From: Anaerolineae bacterium
GTDB taxonomy: Bacteria > Chloroflexota > Anaerolineae > UBA1429
Length of the DNA stretch: 64,000 nt
Reading direction: 5' to 3'
Assembly (NCBI GenBank): GCA_040772225.1
Contig: JAXGYO010000002.1
Span: 944,448-1,008,447, forward strand
A program made the position numbers and the translations under genes. The notes beneath the pieces were generated by a model, which saw nothing but the letters and a program-made list of their open reading frames with translations, was not told the origin of the DNA and did no database searches. Shown here one piece after another: positions 43,067 to 52,456 of the stretch (positions are counted from its first letter, which is position 1; each line of letters starts with the position of its first letter).

Positions 43067-43102
43067 AAGAGCCCGCCCCCTTTGGGGGCGGGCTCTTTTT
43101 TT
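43067..43102. terminator. Strong bidirectional intrinsic terminator
   Basis: AAGAGCCCGCCCCC-UUUG-GGGGGCGGGCUCUU followed by UUUUUUUC. Confidence 0.8.
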
Positions 43103-43132
43103 CGTTCAGAAGCGAGTCCCTTGACGGTCAGA

Positions 43133-44563
43133 TCAGGGCTGCAGCCGCATCGCCCGGTCGGTGTCGTGCAGATACACGTCCCAATCCAGGTAATTCGTGA
43201 ACGCCTCGTACAGGGCGTCTACCACCTGTGAGGGGTTGATGGCTACGTGGTGCTCGAACCCGTTGGAACAGATATAGTGCAGCAGTTTCTGGAACTCGGG
43301 AACCTCCACCACACCATAGCCGCCAAAGGTGTCCACCGGGTCATCGGTGATCTCTGCCTCGCCCATATAGGCACGGATGCGCCCGTACTCATCATCGGTT
43401 GAAACGCGACAGTAGGTGAGCTTGGTCTGCTTGATCTTGCCGAAAAGGGTGCCGTACGTGTTCTCTTTTCCCACCGACCCTGCGATGATCTCCTGATAGT
43501 CCATGGTCGCTTCGCCGCCAAAGACATCCTGCGGCAGGTTGCTGCAGTGAAAGACCACAGCCTTGTCGGGGTCCTCACCATAGTTATTGTTCCAGTCCAG
43601 GATCGCGCTGGGCTTGCCAGAGGCCAAAACCATGGCATACATCCCGATCAGGCCCGCGATGTCCGTCTCGCAAGCGCTGGGCTTGAGCGTGTTGCTCATC
43701 ATGCTCATCGCGGTGCAGGGCACCACACCATAGAACTCTTCCATCGATGTCCAGCACTGAACCGCCGTGCCATCGAGTTGGTGCTCGGCGACAAAGGCAT
43801 CCAGGACAACGCCCAGCTTGGCCTGCTTGAGCAGAGCTTCCTCCGGGATCCCCTCAGTACCCAGATATCCTTTGATAGCGGCCACCTTGGCGACCACTTC
43901 GGGTGCATCATCCGCCAGCTTCCAGGCCTTGCCAAAGACCTCGGAGAGATCGATGCTCTCCACAGAGATGCCAGCCTTTTCGAGGAGCTTTTCGCTATAG
44001 CGTACCGTGATAAAGGCCGCCGGGCGCGCACCCACCTGTCCAAAGCGCGCACGACGCAGGCCGTTCACCACGCGACAAACCGCACCAAAGGTCTGCAGGT
44101 CCTGCCGAAAGCTCTCCGACTCTGGATCCACCGTATGGAGCGTGGTCAGGCTGTACTTTATGCCGTACTGCGTCATGTTGTTGCAGGCAGACATCTTCCC
44201 GCAAAAGCTATCACGCCGCCAGTTGATGTCCATCTTGGAGAGATCGTCGGGCGTCGCCTGCACCAGCACAGGCACATCCAGCCCTGAAAGCCGAATCGCA
44301 TCCGCAATACCGCGCTCCTCGCCAAAGTTCGGCAGCGTCACGAGAATCCCATCAATCTCCTCAGCGTGCGCCTTGAAGAGCTTGGCACATTTGACCGAGT
44401 CTTCAAAAGTCACAACTGCGCCATGCTCTGTGTCATCGGGCGTCAGACAGACGGCACCAAAGCCCTCCTCCTCAAGAACCCGCAGGATAGTTTCCCTGCC
44501 AGTCTTGGCCAGATGAGAGGGAAAGAAGCCGCGGTTACCAACAATAACTGCCAGCGTGGTCAT
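43133..44563 (-). CDS. L-fucose isomerase family (FucI C-terminal-domain-like) sugar isomerase
   Basis: 476 aa with FucI-like architecture. Confidence 0.6.
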   Translation of the reverse strand: MTTLAVIVGNRGFFPSHLAKTGRETILRVLEEEGFGAVCLTPDDTEHGAVVTFEDSVKCAKLFKAHAEEIDGILVTLPNFGEERGIADAIRLSGLDVPVLVQATPDDLSKMDINWRRDSFCGKMSACNNMTQYGIKYSLTTLHTVDPESESFRQDLQTFGAVCRVVNGLRRARFGQVGARPAAFITVRYSEKLLEKAGISVESIDLSEVFGKAWKLADDAPEVVAKVAAIKGYLGTEGIPEEALLKQAKLGVVLDAFVAEHQLDGTAVQCWTSMEEFYGVVPCTAMSMMSNTLKPSACETDIAGLIGMYAMVLASGKPSAILDWNNNYGEDPDKAVVFHCSNLPQDVFGGEATMDYQEIIAGSVGKENTYGTLFGKIKQTKLTYCRVSTDDEYGRIRAYMGEAEITDDPVDTFGGYGVVEVPEFQKLLHYICSNGFEHHVAINPSQVVDALYEAFTNYLDWDVYLHDTDRAMRLQP

Positions 44564-44651
44564 AGCGTATCCTCCTTCTAGTCAGTGAGCCTTACAATCC
44601 TATTATCGACAAGAACACCGCGATTGTAAACCGTCAGACCCCCCGGGCAGC

Positions 44652-45572
44652 CTAATCTCCCCTGCTTCGCGCCGGGTCGCGGAAGGCCAGGTCTAGCGCG
44701 CGTTTTGAGACCCGCTCATAGATCTCTGCCAGCTGATCACGAACGTTCTGCTTCTCCACAAAGGACAGGTCGCCGAGCACTTTGAGCAGTTCGGCTTCGA
44801 TCTCAGGGGGCGTGATACGGATCTGGATTTCCTCCAGCCGGTTGTCGAGACGCCAGAATTCGTCGAGATCCGTGGGTAGCGACCGCGGGTCAGTGATGGC
44901 TCCGGGTCCTGGAAGGCTCGGTGATGAAATCGCCACGGTGTCATACTGCTCCGCACGTTGATCGCGCAGCGCCGACATGATCTGCTCTTTGGTGCGCCCG
45001 CGGATCGTGAAAAGGAGGAAGGGGTCACTGTCGATCCGCTCCCCTAGCTCGCAGAAAACAGCCACCACGTGCCGGCAGGCGCTCGGCCACTCTGAGCAGG
45101 TGCAGCTCGCACCCAGATCGTGCATGCTTGCCGGGAATAGCGCTACACCGGCTACATGAAAGACCTCTTCGATGTCCTCAGGCATTTCACCGTTGATCAA
45201 CTGCGCAGCATAGATCGCCCGTTGGCCCATAAGCGCGATGATCCGATCCCACTGTGTGTCGGTGAACACGGCAGTGGCCATCCTCACGCGATAAGGCGTG
45301 TGTGTGGCATTCGCGCTACTCTGCACTTCGGCCAGAACGAGCCCGGGCTGAATCTCAAGCTGTGTGACCCTCCCGGCATTCGCGTAGGCCCGTCCATCGG
45401 CGATTCGATTCGCATCCAGAACCTGAGCCAAAGAACGCATCCAGCGGCCAGCCCACCAGCTGTGTTCAGCGCGTACATTGGACGACACGACCCGTTCTGC
45501 TGAGGCGGCCGTCTCACCGGAAGCCTCGTCAAGCTCCACGAAATCCTCGGTCCTATCAGTAATGCTTCTCAT
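44652..45572 (-). CDS. SWIM zinc-finger domain protein
   Basis: CxCx(n)CxH motif CTCSEWPSACRHV. Start ATG overlaps the stop of the upstream SNF2 helicase gene (ATGA). Confidence 0.7.
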   Translation of the reverse strand: MRSITDRTEDFVELDEASGETAASAERVVSSNVRAEHSWWAGRWMRSLAQVLDANRIADGRAYANAGRVTQLEIQPGLVLAEVQSSANATHTPYRVRMATAVFTDTQWDRIIALMGQRAIYAAQLINGEMPEDIEEVFHVAGVALFPASMHDLGASCTCSEWPSACRHVVAVFCELGERIDSDPFLLFTIRGRTKEQIMSALRDQRAEQYDTVAISSPSLPGPGAITDPRSLPTDLDEFWRLDNRLEEIQIRITPPEIEAELLKVLGDLSFVEKQNVRDQLAEIYERVSKRALDLAFRDPARSRGD

Positions 45573-48500
45573 TCTGTCTCCACGGCCTCTGATCGCAACG
45601 TGATGAGGTCGTACAACTCGTCAGTAGTCAGCTCTGTGACCCAGTCATCCCCCTGCCCAATTACCGCATCCGCGAGCTCACGCTTGCTCTCGATGAGCGC
45701 GTCGATACGCTCCTCCAGGGTCCCCAGGCACATGAACTTGTGCACCTGTACATCCCGCGTCTGCCCGATGCGGTAGGCGCGGTCCGTCGCCTGATTCTCG
45801 ACAGCGGGATTCCACCAGCGATCGTAATGGAACACATGGTTGGCCCGCATCAGGTTCAGCCCGGTTCCACCTGCCTTGAGCGAGAGCACAAAGATGTTGG
45901 GGGCATCGCCGCCTTCCTGAAAACGCTCGAGCATGCGATCTCGTTGGCGCTGCGGCGTACCTCCATGCAGGAAAAGCACCTCTTCACCAAAGGCATCGCG
46001 CAGGTAGCTCTGCAAGAGAAAGCCCATCTGAGCATACTGCGTAAAGATCAGAGCACGCTCGCCCACGTCCAGAATCTCCTCGAGCATCTCCGTCAGACGG
46101 TTGAGTTTGCCGGAGCGGTCGTGCACGTCAGAGCCATCTGCGAGAAAGAGAGCGGGATGATTGCAGACCTGCTTGAGGCGCGTTAGCATCGCCAGCACCC
46201 TGCCTCGACGCTGCATGAAACCGTTGTCTTCATCTCTCGGCAGCGAGGACATCCCGCTCTGCACAATAGCCTCGTACAAAGTCGCCTGCTCCCGTGTCAG
46301 GTTGCAGTACACCTTGTGCTCAAACTTGTCCGGCAGGTCCCGGATCACATCAGGATCATTCTTGAGGCGACGCAGTACAAATGGACGCACAAGCCTGCGC
46401 AGCCGCTCTGCCACAGATGGGTCCTGGTAACGCTCAATAGGCACTGAGAACTCGCGTCGAAAGCCTGCGCGAGACCCTAGATAACCAGGATTCAGGAAGG
46501 CCATGATGGACCACAGCTCCGAGAGCCTGTTCTCGACCGGCGTCCCCGTCAGCGCCAGGCGAAAGTCGGCCTGAAGCCGGCGTGCGGCGCGAGCCTGCTT
46601 TGTTGCCGGGTTCTTGATGTTCTGGGCCTCATCGATAATCACATTGGCCCAGCGAACCTGCATCAGGTCCTCCAGGTCACGGCGCACAAGCCCATACGTG
46701 CTGATCACGAGATCAGAGGCCAGGGCCTGCTCGACAAACGCCTCCCCCCCGGCACGCCCCGTTCCGTGATGCACCACAGTCTTGAGATCGGGGGCGAATC
46801 GCGCCACCTCACGTTGCCAGTTGCCCACCAGAGATGTGGGGCACACCACAAGCGTCGGCGCTACATCCGGATTCTGGCGCTTTTGCTCCAGTATCAGCGC
46901 GATGGCCTGGATCGTCTTGCCCAACCCCATATCATCGGCCAGGCAGGCACCAAAACCCCAGCGCCTCAGGAAAGCAAGCCATGAAACACCCTGTACCTGG
47001 TAAGGTCGCAACTGACCCCTAAAGCCTTCGGGGGCTTCCACGAGTTCGAGCTGCGCTTTGCGCGTCAGCTGCGCCATCAGATCCTTGATTGAATCGTCCA
47101 GCCGCACCTCGGTGACAGGCAAGCCATCTAACTCGTCCTGAGCACCGAGCGCCAGTGACAGCGCGTCGCGCATTTTGAGCATTCCGCGCCCGCGATGCTT
47201 TTCCCAAAAGGCGACAACCGATTCGATCTGGTCGGGCTGCAGCAGCACCCAGCGGCCGCGTACCTGCACCAGTGGCGTCTTGAGGGCCGCAAGTCGCTCG
47301 AACTCCTCCCGGGAGAGCGTCTCGTCCCCCAGGGCCATCTCCCAATCGTAGGACACGATCGACTCCATGCTTAGAGAGCCAGTGCCGCCATCGTCTCCAG
47401 AGCCATGCAACACTGCCCGCACGCGCAGCCGCGTATCAGGTGTATTCCACCAGGGCGGGATCATCACACCAAAGCCGGCGCCCTCCAGCAGGCGTGAGAC
47501 CTCCCGCAGAAAGTGAAAAGCCTCCTGGTCCGTGAGCGTGGTGGCATCAGGGGACTGGTTCTTGAGGCTGCGCCGGATCGCCGGGCAGAGCTCTGCAGCG
47601 ATACCGAGGCCCTCAAGCAGTTTTTCCTGCGGGTTGTCAAAGCGACGGTTCAGATAACTGAGCACGTCACCGCGCTCCCGCCAGACTTCCCACGCCGGTA
47701 CCATCAAGCTGGGGTCGTCGATAGCCTGTAAGAAATACCGCAGGGTCCAATAGGATGCGACGACGCGATCCGATTCGGGGTCATAGGCGGGGGGTTCCAG
47801 CCGAAAACAGAGACGGAAGGATGAGCCGCTCTCGCTCCTGGCCTTGTAAGTCCAGTTCTTCCAGGCCTGGTAAAAGCGACCGATCTCCGCCGTCCTGGCC
47901 TGCGACACACGGACGTCAGCTTCCTTGCCCAGACTCTGCCACCACACCGAGGATACGGGGGCCGCCCGGTTGCTGACCATCTTCATAGCGCGGGCCCCGT
48001 GATGCCCGTCCTCAAAGCCCCATTCGCGCACGGCGCTATCCACGAGGCTCTTCATAAAACTCTCTAGCACCGTCTGTGGTCGCAGGATCGGTGCATCATT
48101 GCGTGCATCACGCTCGGGCAAAAGCGCTCGACAGGCAGGCGGCATGACGGCCGCCAGGGCATCAAAACGACCGCTGTCGTCGGCCCCATCGATCACAGGC
48201 AGCCAGACCGCGCGCATAGAGCCGTTTTCGCCAGCCAGGCCAGGCAGAAACCGTTGCCGCGCCAGCAACTCTAGCGCAAACTTGGCCACCGCCCCCCAGT
48301 AGAGCAGATCATTGCCCAGCCGGTTGACTGTGCGTATCTCTCGCTGTGCCAGGGGCAGCGTGATGAGCAAGGGCAAGAGCTGCGCCAGAGGAACACTCAG
48401 GCCTTCGATGCGCCAGGGCTCGATAAGCACACTCTCATCGCCGAGATCGACCATCTCGCGATAGAGCCAGCCCGCCGAGACAGGAGCGACACTCGTTGAC

Positions 48501-48814
48501 GGGAGATACGCCACCCTTGTCAGCCGCTGAGCCTTGTGCCAGGCGATATCCGGCACCAGATCGGAGAGAAGGTCGGCAATCTCTATCGTGGTAGCCGCGT
48601 GAGGATGCCGGCGGACACGCGGACGATGGATACCCTCAGCAGTCTGGAGCGGCGCCTCGGCATCGCGTTCAGCCCAGATGAAAAAGAGTTCCTCAGCCGG
48701 GTCGTCGTCTCGCGCTATCCATGTTCCATGAAGAATCGACTTGTATCCGAGCAAGGGCCATTCCTTATCCTGTGGCCGGGATCTTTCCCGGAACAGACAA
48801 TTAGTATACGCCAA
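45569..48814 (-). CDS. SNF2/RAD54 family DEAD-like helicase with N-terminal SNF2-associated domain
   Basis: SNF2 motif I (LADDMGLGKT), DEAQ box (IIDEAQNIKN), helicase C-terminal motifs (QRDRMLERF, GGTGLNL). Start is TTG at 48814 per track; exact start is uncertain. Confidence 0.85.
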   Translation of the reverse strand: MAYTNCLFRERSRPQDKEWPLLGYKSILHGTWIARDDDPAEELFFIWAERDAEAPLQTAEGIHRPRVRRHPHAATTIEIADLLSDLVPDIAWHKAQRLTRVAYLPSTSVAPVSAGWLYREMVDLGDESVLIEPWRIEGLSVPLAQLLPLLITLPLAQREIRTVNRLGNDLLYWGAVAKFALELLARQRFLPGLAGENGSMRAVWLPVIDGADDSGRFDALAAVMPPACRALLPERDARNDAPILRPQTVLESFMKSLVDSAVREWGFEDGHHGARAMKMVSNRAAPVSSVWWQSLGKEADVRVSQARTAEIGRFYQAWKNWTYKARSESGSSFRLCFRLEPPAYDPESDRVVASYWTLRYFLQAIDDPSLMVPAWEVWRERGDVLSYLNRRFDNPQEKLLEGLGIAAELCPAIRRSLKNQSPDATTLTDQEAFHFLREVSRLLEGAGFGVMIPPWWNTPDTRLRVRAVLHGSGDDGGTGSLSMESIVSYDWEMALGDETLSREEFERLAALKTPLVQVRGRWVLLQPDQIESVVAFWEKHRGRGMLKMRDALSLALGAQDELDGLPVTEVRLDDSIKDLMAQLTRKAQLELVEAPEGFRGQLRPYQVQGVSWLAFLRRWGFGACLADDMGLGKTIQAIALILEQKRQNPDVAPTLVVCPTSLVGNWQREVARFAPDLKTVVHHGTGRAGGEAFVEQALASDLVISTYGLVRRDLEDLMQVRWANVIIDEAQNIKNPATKQARAARRLQADFRLALTGTPVENRLSELWSIMAFLNPGYLGSRAGFRREFSVPIERYQDPSVAERLRRLVRPFVLRRLKNDPDVIRDLPDKFEHKVYCNLTREQATLYEAIVQSGMSSLPRDEDNGFMQRRGRVLAMLTRLKQVCNHPALFLADGSDVHDRSGKLNRLTEMLEEILDVGERALIFTQYAQMGFLLQSYLRDAFGEEVLFLHGGTPQRQRDRMLERFQEGGDAPNIFVLSLKAGGTGLNLMRANHVFHYDRWWNPAVENQATDRAYRIGQTRDVQVHKFMCLGTLEERIDALIESKRELADAVIGQGDDWVTELTTDELYDLITLRSEAVETE

Positions 48815-48901
48815 TTGGACCCATGCGCGAAATCAAAACCGATGGCCCTTGAATGATTACCTTGCGGGCTCTACAATCAGATACGCTCATCGCCATGGGA
48901 G

Positions 48902-50080
48902 GTGTATCTGATGCTCAATGCAGGGATAGTGGGTGCCGGAATCCTCGGATGCGCTCATGCAGAGAACCTGCGTGACCATCCTGACGTCACCGTCAGGGCC
49001 GTAGCGGATATTCGGGCCGACGCCGCTCAGCGGCTCGCGTCTCAGTTAGGCGCTGAGGCCTATACGGGGGTCGCAGACATGCTTCAGCAGTGTCCGCTGG
49101 ACCTCATAGTCGTCGCCACTCCCGATCCCTACCACCGCGAGCCTACACTGGCCGCGATAGCCGCAGGGGTCCCGAACATCCTGCAGGAAAAGCCTCTGGC
49201 GACCAATCTTGCCGATGCCCGGGCGATCTATGAGGCCGTCGAGAGCAGCGGCACGCGCTTGTTTGTGAACTATGCCAACCGCAGCGCCCCCATGGACATT
49301 GCCACGGCCTACACGATCCGCGAGGGCCTTCTGGGGCAGATCGTCTATGGCGAGGTACGCCTGGATGACAACATCTCCGTCCCCACGGCGCTCTGGGGGA
49401 CGCGGTCACGCGACTGGGCCGAAGGGTCATCCACGGCGCACTTTCTCCTGAGTCATGTCATCGACCTGTTGCGCTGGTATCTACACCCCGCCGAGATCAA
49501 GCAAGTCTATGCGGTGAAACAGCAAACGGTACTGGGCTATACCCCTGATCTTTATGATGCGATCCTGGAGTTCGACAACGGGGCCCGCGTGCGGGTCAAG
49601 GCCGAATGGATTCGCCACATGGACGAGCTGGTCGAGTTCTATCTCAGCTTTTCCGGGGCAGAAGGGACGCTGATCTATAACAAGCTCCCGGGCTTTGGAG
49701 CGCGTGCCAGCTGGCGCGCCAATCTGGCATCGCGCCTCACCATCGCTGATCTGATGCGCCACCAGCAAGAACTCGCCCGGGCCGGAGCACACACGCGGGC
49801 TGTCATCGACCGGGGCGCACCCGGAATCCAGCGCAGTCCTGGGGCAGAAGGTGTACTGCCTCTCGCCCTGGAATCCTTCGACCACAGCACTGGCAAGCCC
49901 ATGGCGCTTGCCGACTGCGTGATCGACGCTATCCTCACTGACACACTCACGCCAGAATCCTGGAAGGGCCCCGGAGCGCTGCCGACCCACGAGGATGGGC
50001 TAAGGCAGACGCAAGCTGTGATGGGCATCGTGCGATCGGCGGAGCTGGATCGCGTCGTTCGTCTGGACGAACTCAGCTGA
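48902..50080 (+). CDS. Gfo/Idh/MocA family oxidoreductase
   Basis: GIVGAGILG Rossmann motif, EKP motif. Confidence 0.8.
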   Translation: MYLMLNAGIVGAGILGCAHAENLRDHPDVTVRAVADIRADAAQRLASQLGAEAYTGVADMLQQCPLDLIVVATPDPYHREPTLAAIAAGVPNILQEKPLATNLADARAIYEAVESSGTRLFVNYANRSAPMDIATAYTIREGLLGQIVYGEVRLDDNISVPTALWGTRSRDWAEGSSTAHFLLSHVIDLLRWYLHPAEIKQVYAVKQQTVLGYTPDLYDAILEFDNGARVRVKAEWIRHMDELVEFYLSFSGAEGTLIYNKLPGFGARASWRANLASRLTIADLMRHQQELARAGAHTRAVIDRGAPGIQRSPGAEGVLPLALESFDHSTGKPMALADCVIDAILTDTLTPESWKGPGALPTHEDGLRQTQAVMGIVRSAELDRVVRLDELS

Positions 50081-50098
50081 CCGAAAAAAGGAGTCATC

Positions 50099-50941
50099 AT
50101 GTCCCTGCAGAACCTAGTCACATCAACAGAGTGGACGCTCGTAGCCAGCGGATTTCAGTTCACCGAGGGGCCACTCTGGCATCCGGACGGCTATCTTGTG
50201 TTCAGCGATATCCCCGCTGACACGATCTACCGGCTCGAATCGGATCACACCTGTTCACCCTGGCGACGCCCGAGCGGCCACGCTAACGGGTTGACGTGCA
50301 CCCCCGATGGTCGCCTCGTCGCCTGCGAGCATGGCAACCGGCGTGTGTCGATCGAGGGTCCCGAAGGAGAACCCATCTCCCTGGCCAGCCACTACGGCCA
50401 GGCCCGCCTCAACAGCCCAAATGACGTGGTGGCGCGCAGTGATGGAAGTATCTACTTTACGGATCCCCCCTACGGCATCACGGAAGACCAACGAGAGTTA
50501 CCACACAATGGCGTCTACCGTGTCACATCCAGTGGCGAGATCGAATTGGTCGTTTCCGACATGGGCCGGCCCAATGGCCTGGCCTTTTCACCGGACGAGA
50601 AGTTGTTGTACATCGATGACTCTGAGCGGCGCCAGATTCGCATCTACCAGGTACAGCCAGAAGGCAATCTTGTTGGAGGACGCATCTGGGTCGACATGTC
50701 CTCGCCGGACACGGGCAGCCCAGACGGCATGAAGGTCGATCGCGACGGCAACGTTTACTGCACCGGTCCCGGCGGCATCTGGGTATTTGACCCCGACGCG
50801 ACGTGCCTCGGCATCCTGAGGGGGCCAGAGCAGCCAGCCAATCTCGCCTTTGGTGATGCCGATCTCTGCACGCTGTACATCACCGCACGCACCAGCGTAT
50901 ACAGCCTGAGAGTGTCAGTGCCGGGCCTGCCCGTCTGCTGA
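50099..50941 (+). CDS. SMP-30/gluconolactonase/LRE family protein
   Basis: Six-bladed propeller lactonase motifs (EGPLWHP, PNDVV, PNGLAFSPD). Confidence 0.8.
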   Translation: MSLQNLVTSTEWTLVASGFQFTEGPLWHPDGYLVFSDIPADTIYRLESDHTCSPWRRPSGHANGLTCTPDGRLVACEHGNRRVSIEGPEGEPISLASHYGQARLNSPNDVVARSDGSIYFTDPPYGITEDQRELPHNGVYRVTSSGEIELVVSDMGRPNGLAFSPDEKLLYIDDSERRQIRIYQVQPEGNLVGGRIWVDMSSPDTGSPDGMKVDRDGNVYCTGPGGIWVFDPDATCLGILRGPEQPANLAFGDADLCTLYITARTSVYSLRVSVPGLPVC

Positions 50942-50957
50942 CGCGTCCTAACAACGC

Positions 50958-50996
50958 GAGAGGGGGGCGCCCGACTTGCCGGCGCCCCCTCTCTGT
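50958..50996. terminator. Bidirectional terminator hairpin
   Basis: GAGAGGGGGGCGCC...GGCGCCCCCUCUC. Confidence 0.5.
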
Positions 50997-51061
50997 GCCA
51001 GACGTTCACTATCCCCCCGCGACTGGCAGACCGCCCGCTAGATCAGCGCATGTGGCAGTCC

Positions 51062-52300
51062 TCAGGGTTTAATGACGGTCCCGTCCAGCCGCCGGATCTC
51101 CGGCCAGTAGCCGTTACCGGGCTCCTCCTCAAAGGGATAGCGTGCGGCCTTGGCCTCGTCGATGTCGACACCCCACCCCGGCCGGTCGTTGGCCCACATC
51201 GCGCCGTCGTGCACCTCCGGTGTCCCCGGAAAGACTTCTCGCAATTCGTCGCCCATGAGGGAGAGTTCTTGAATGCCGAAATTGGGGGAAGCCAGGTCGA
51301 GATGCATGTTAGCGGCATGTCCCACAGGGGACACATCGCCGGGGCCGTGCCAGGCGGTACGCACGCCCATAAACTCGCAAAAGGCCGCCAGTTTCCGGGC
51401 GACAGTGAACCCACCGATGTCGCTGATGTGCACCCGAATAAAGTCGATCAGCCGGTCTTTGATCAGGGGTACGTACTCTGCGGCATTGACAAAGAGCTCG
51501 CCCATCGCCAGCGGCGTGCTAGTCTGCTGGCGCACGATCGAGAAATAGCCGATATCCTCAGGGGAAAAGAGGTCCTCCAGGAAGAACAGCCGGTACTGCT
51601 CAAGGGCCTTGGCAAGCCAGATCCCATCGCTGGCCGGGATACGCTCGTGGACATCATGCAGTAGCTCCACTTCGTCGCCCAACGACAGGCGTAGATGTTC
51701 AAAGAGGGCGGGCACGGCGCGAATGTAGGGCCCAGGTTCCCACGTTCTCGTCTGACTGGCGTCCAACGCGGGTAGAGTGGTTCCACCGCGGCTGCCATAG
51801 GTCGTCAGCCCTGGAATCGCCATCTGGCAGCGCACATAACGAAAACCCTGCTCCATATACGCACGCGCACGATCCTCCACCTCGAGAGCATCGCGACCGG
51901 AGGCGTGCACATAGACAGGGACAGCCTCGCGCACTTTGCCGCCGAGCAGCTGGTACACGGGCATCTTGGCGCGCTTGCCCTTGATGTCCCACAGTGCCTC
52001 GTCCAGTCCGCTCAGGGCGTTATTGAGCACCGGGCCGCTGCGCCAGTAGGAACTCACAAAGGCCGACTGGTAGAGGTCGTCAATGCGGTCTACATCACGG
52101 CCAATGGCAAACGGCTTGAGATAAGACTCGATCGCAGTGGCCACAGCCAGGGCACGCTGCGTAAAGGTCGCACATCCAAGGCCATAGAGCCCCGGCTCGC
52201 TGGTCAGCACTTTGACAACCACCAGCCGAATCCCGGCCGGAGCTGTGAGAATCGTCTGTACATCCGTGATCTTGACCGGCGGACACCCTCGCTCGCCCAT
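51062..52300 (-). CDS. Enolase-superfamily D-mannonate/D-galactonate dehydratase family protein (ManD/RspA-like)
   Basis: About 412 aa with RspA/ManD-like motifs (ALWDIKGK, HASG, WHGPGD). RBS AGGAGG before ATG 52300. Confidence 0.75.
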   Translation of the reverse strand: MGERGCPPVKITDVQTILTAPAGIRLVVVKVLTSEPGLYGLGCATFTQRALAVATAIESYLKPFAIGRDVDRIDDLYQSAFVSSYWRSGPVLNNALSGLDEALWDIKGKRAKMPVYQLLGGKVREAVPVYVHASGRDALEVEDRARAYMEQGFRYVRCQMAIPGLTTYGSRGGTTLPALDASQTRTWEPGPYIRAVPALFEHLRLSLGDEVELLHDVHERIPASDGIWLAKALEQYRLFFLEDLFSPEDIGYFSIVRQQTSTPLAMGELFVNAAEYVPLIKDRLIDFIRVHISDIGGFTVARKLAAFCEFMGVRTAWHGPGDVSPVGHAANMHLDLASPNFGIQELSLMGDELREVFPGTPEVHDGAMWANDRPGWGVDIDEAKAARYPFEEEPGNGYWPEIRRLDGTVIKP

Positions 52301-52392
52301 CAGGTCCCTCCTTATCGATCGCTGTTGCGCGTCCATATTACTGCTGGCACCAGCCGCCATCAAATGAACACGGAGAATCCCGGGCTGCCGTT

Positions 52393-52420
52393 TTGATCGG
52401 TGGCCCCCCTCACCTATAAT
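52393..52420 (+). promoter_or_regulatory. Candidate sigma70 promoter (TTGATC-16-TATAAT) for aspS
   Basis: Read directly from sequence. Confidence 0.4.
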
Positions 52421-52456
52421 CGTACAGACATAGCGGATGCACCAGGAGACGTAGAA

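Noticed and set aside
45569-48814. Numerous 60-150 aa ORF-track frames antisense or overlapping inside the SNF2 helicase, smc, polA and other long genes
   Set aside because: No RBS, biased Arg/Ala/Pro composition, fully embedded in strongly supported genes. Typical high-GC artefacts.
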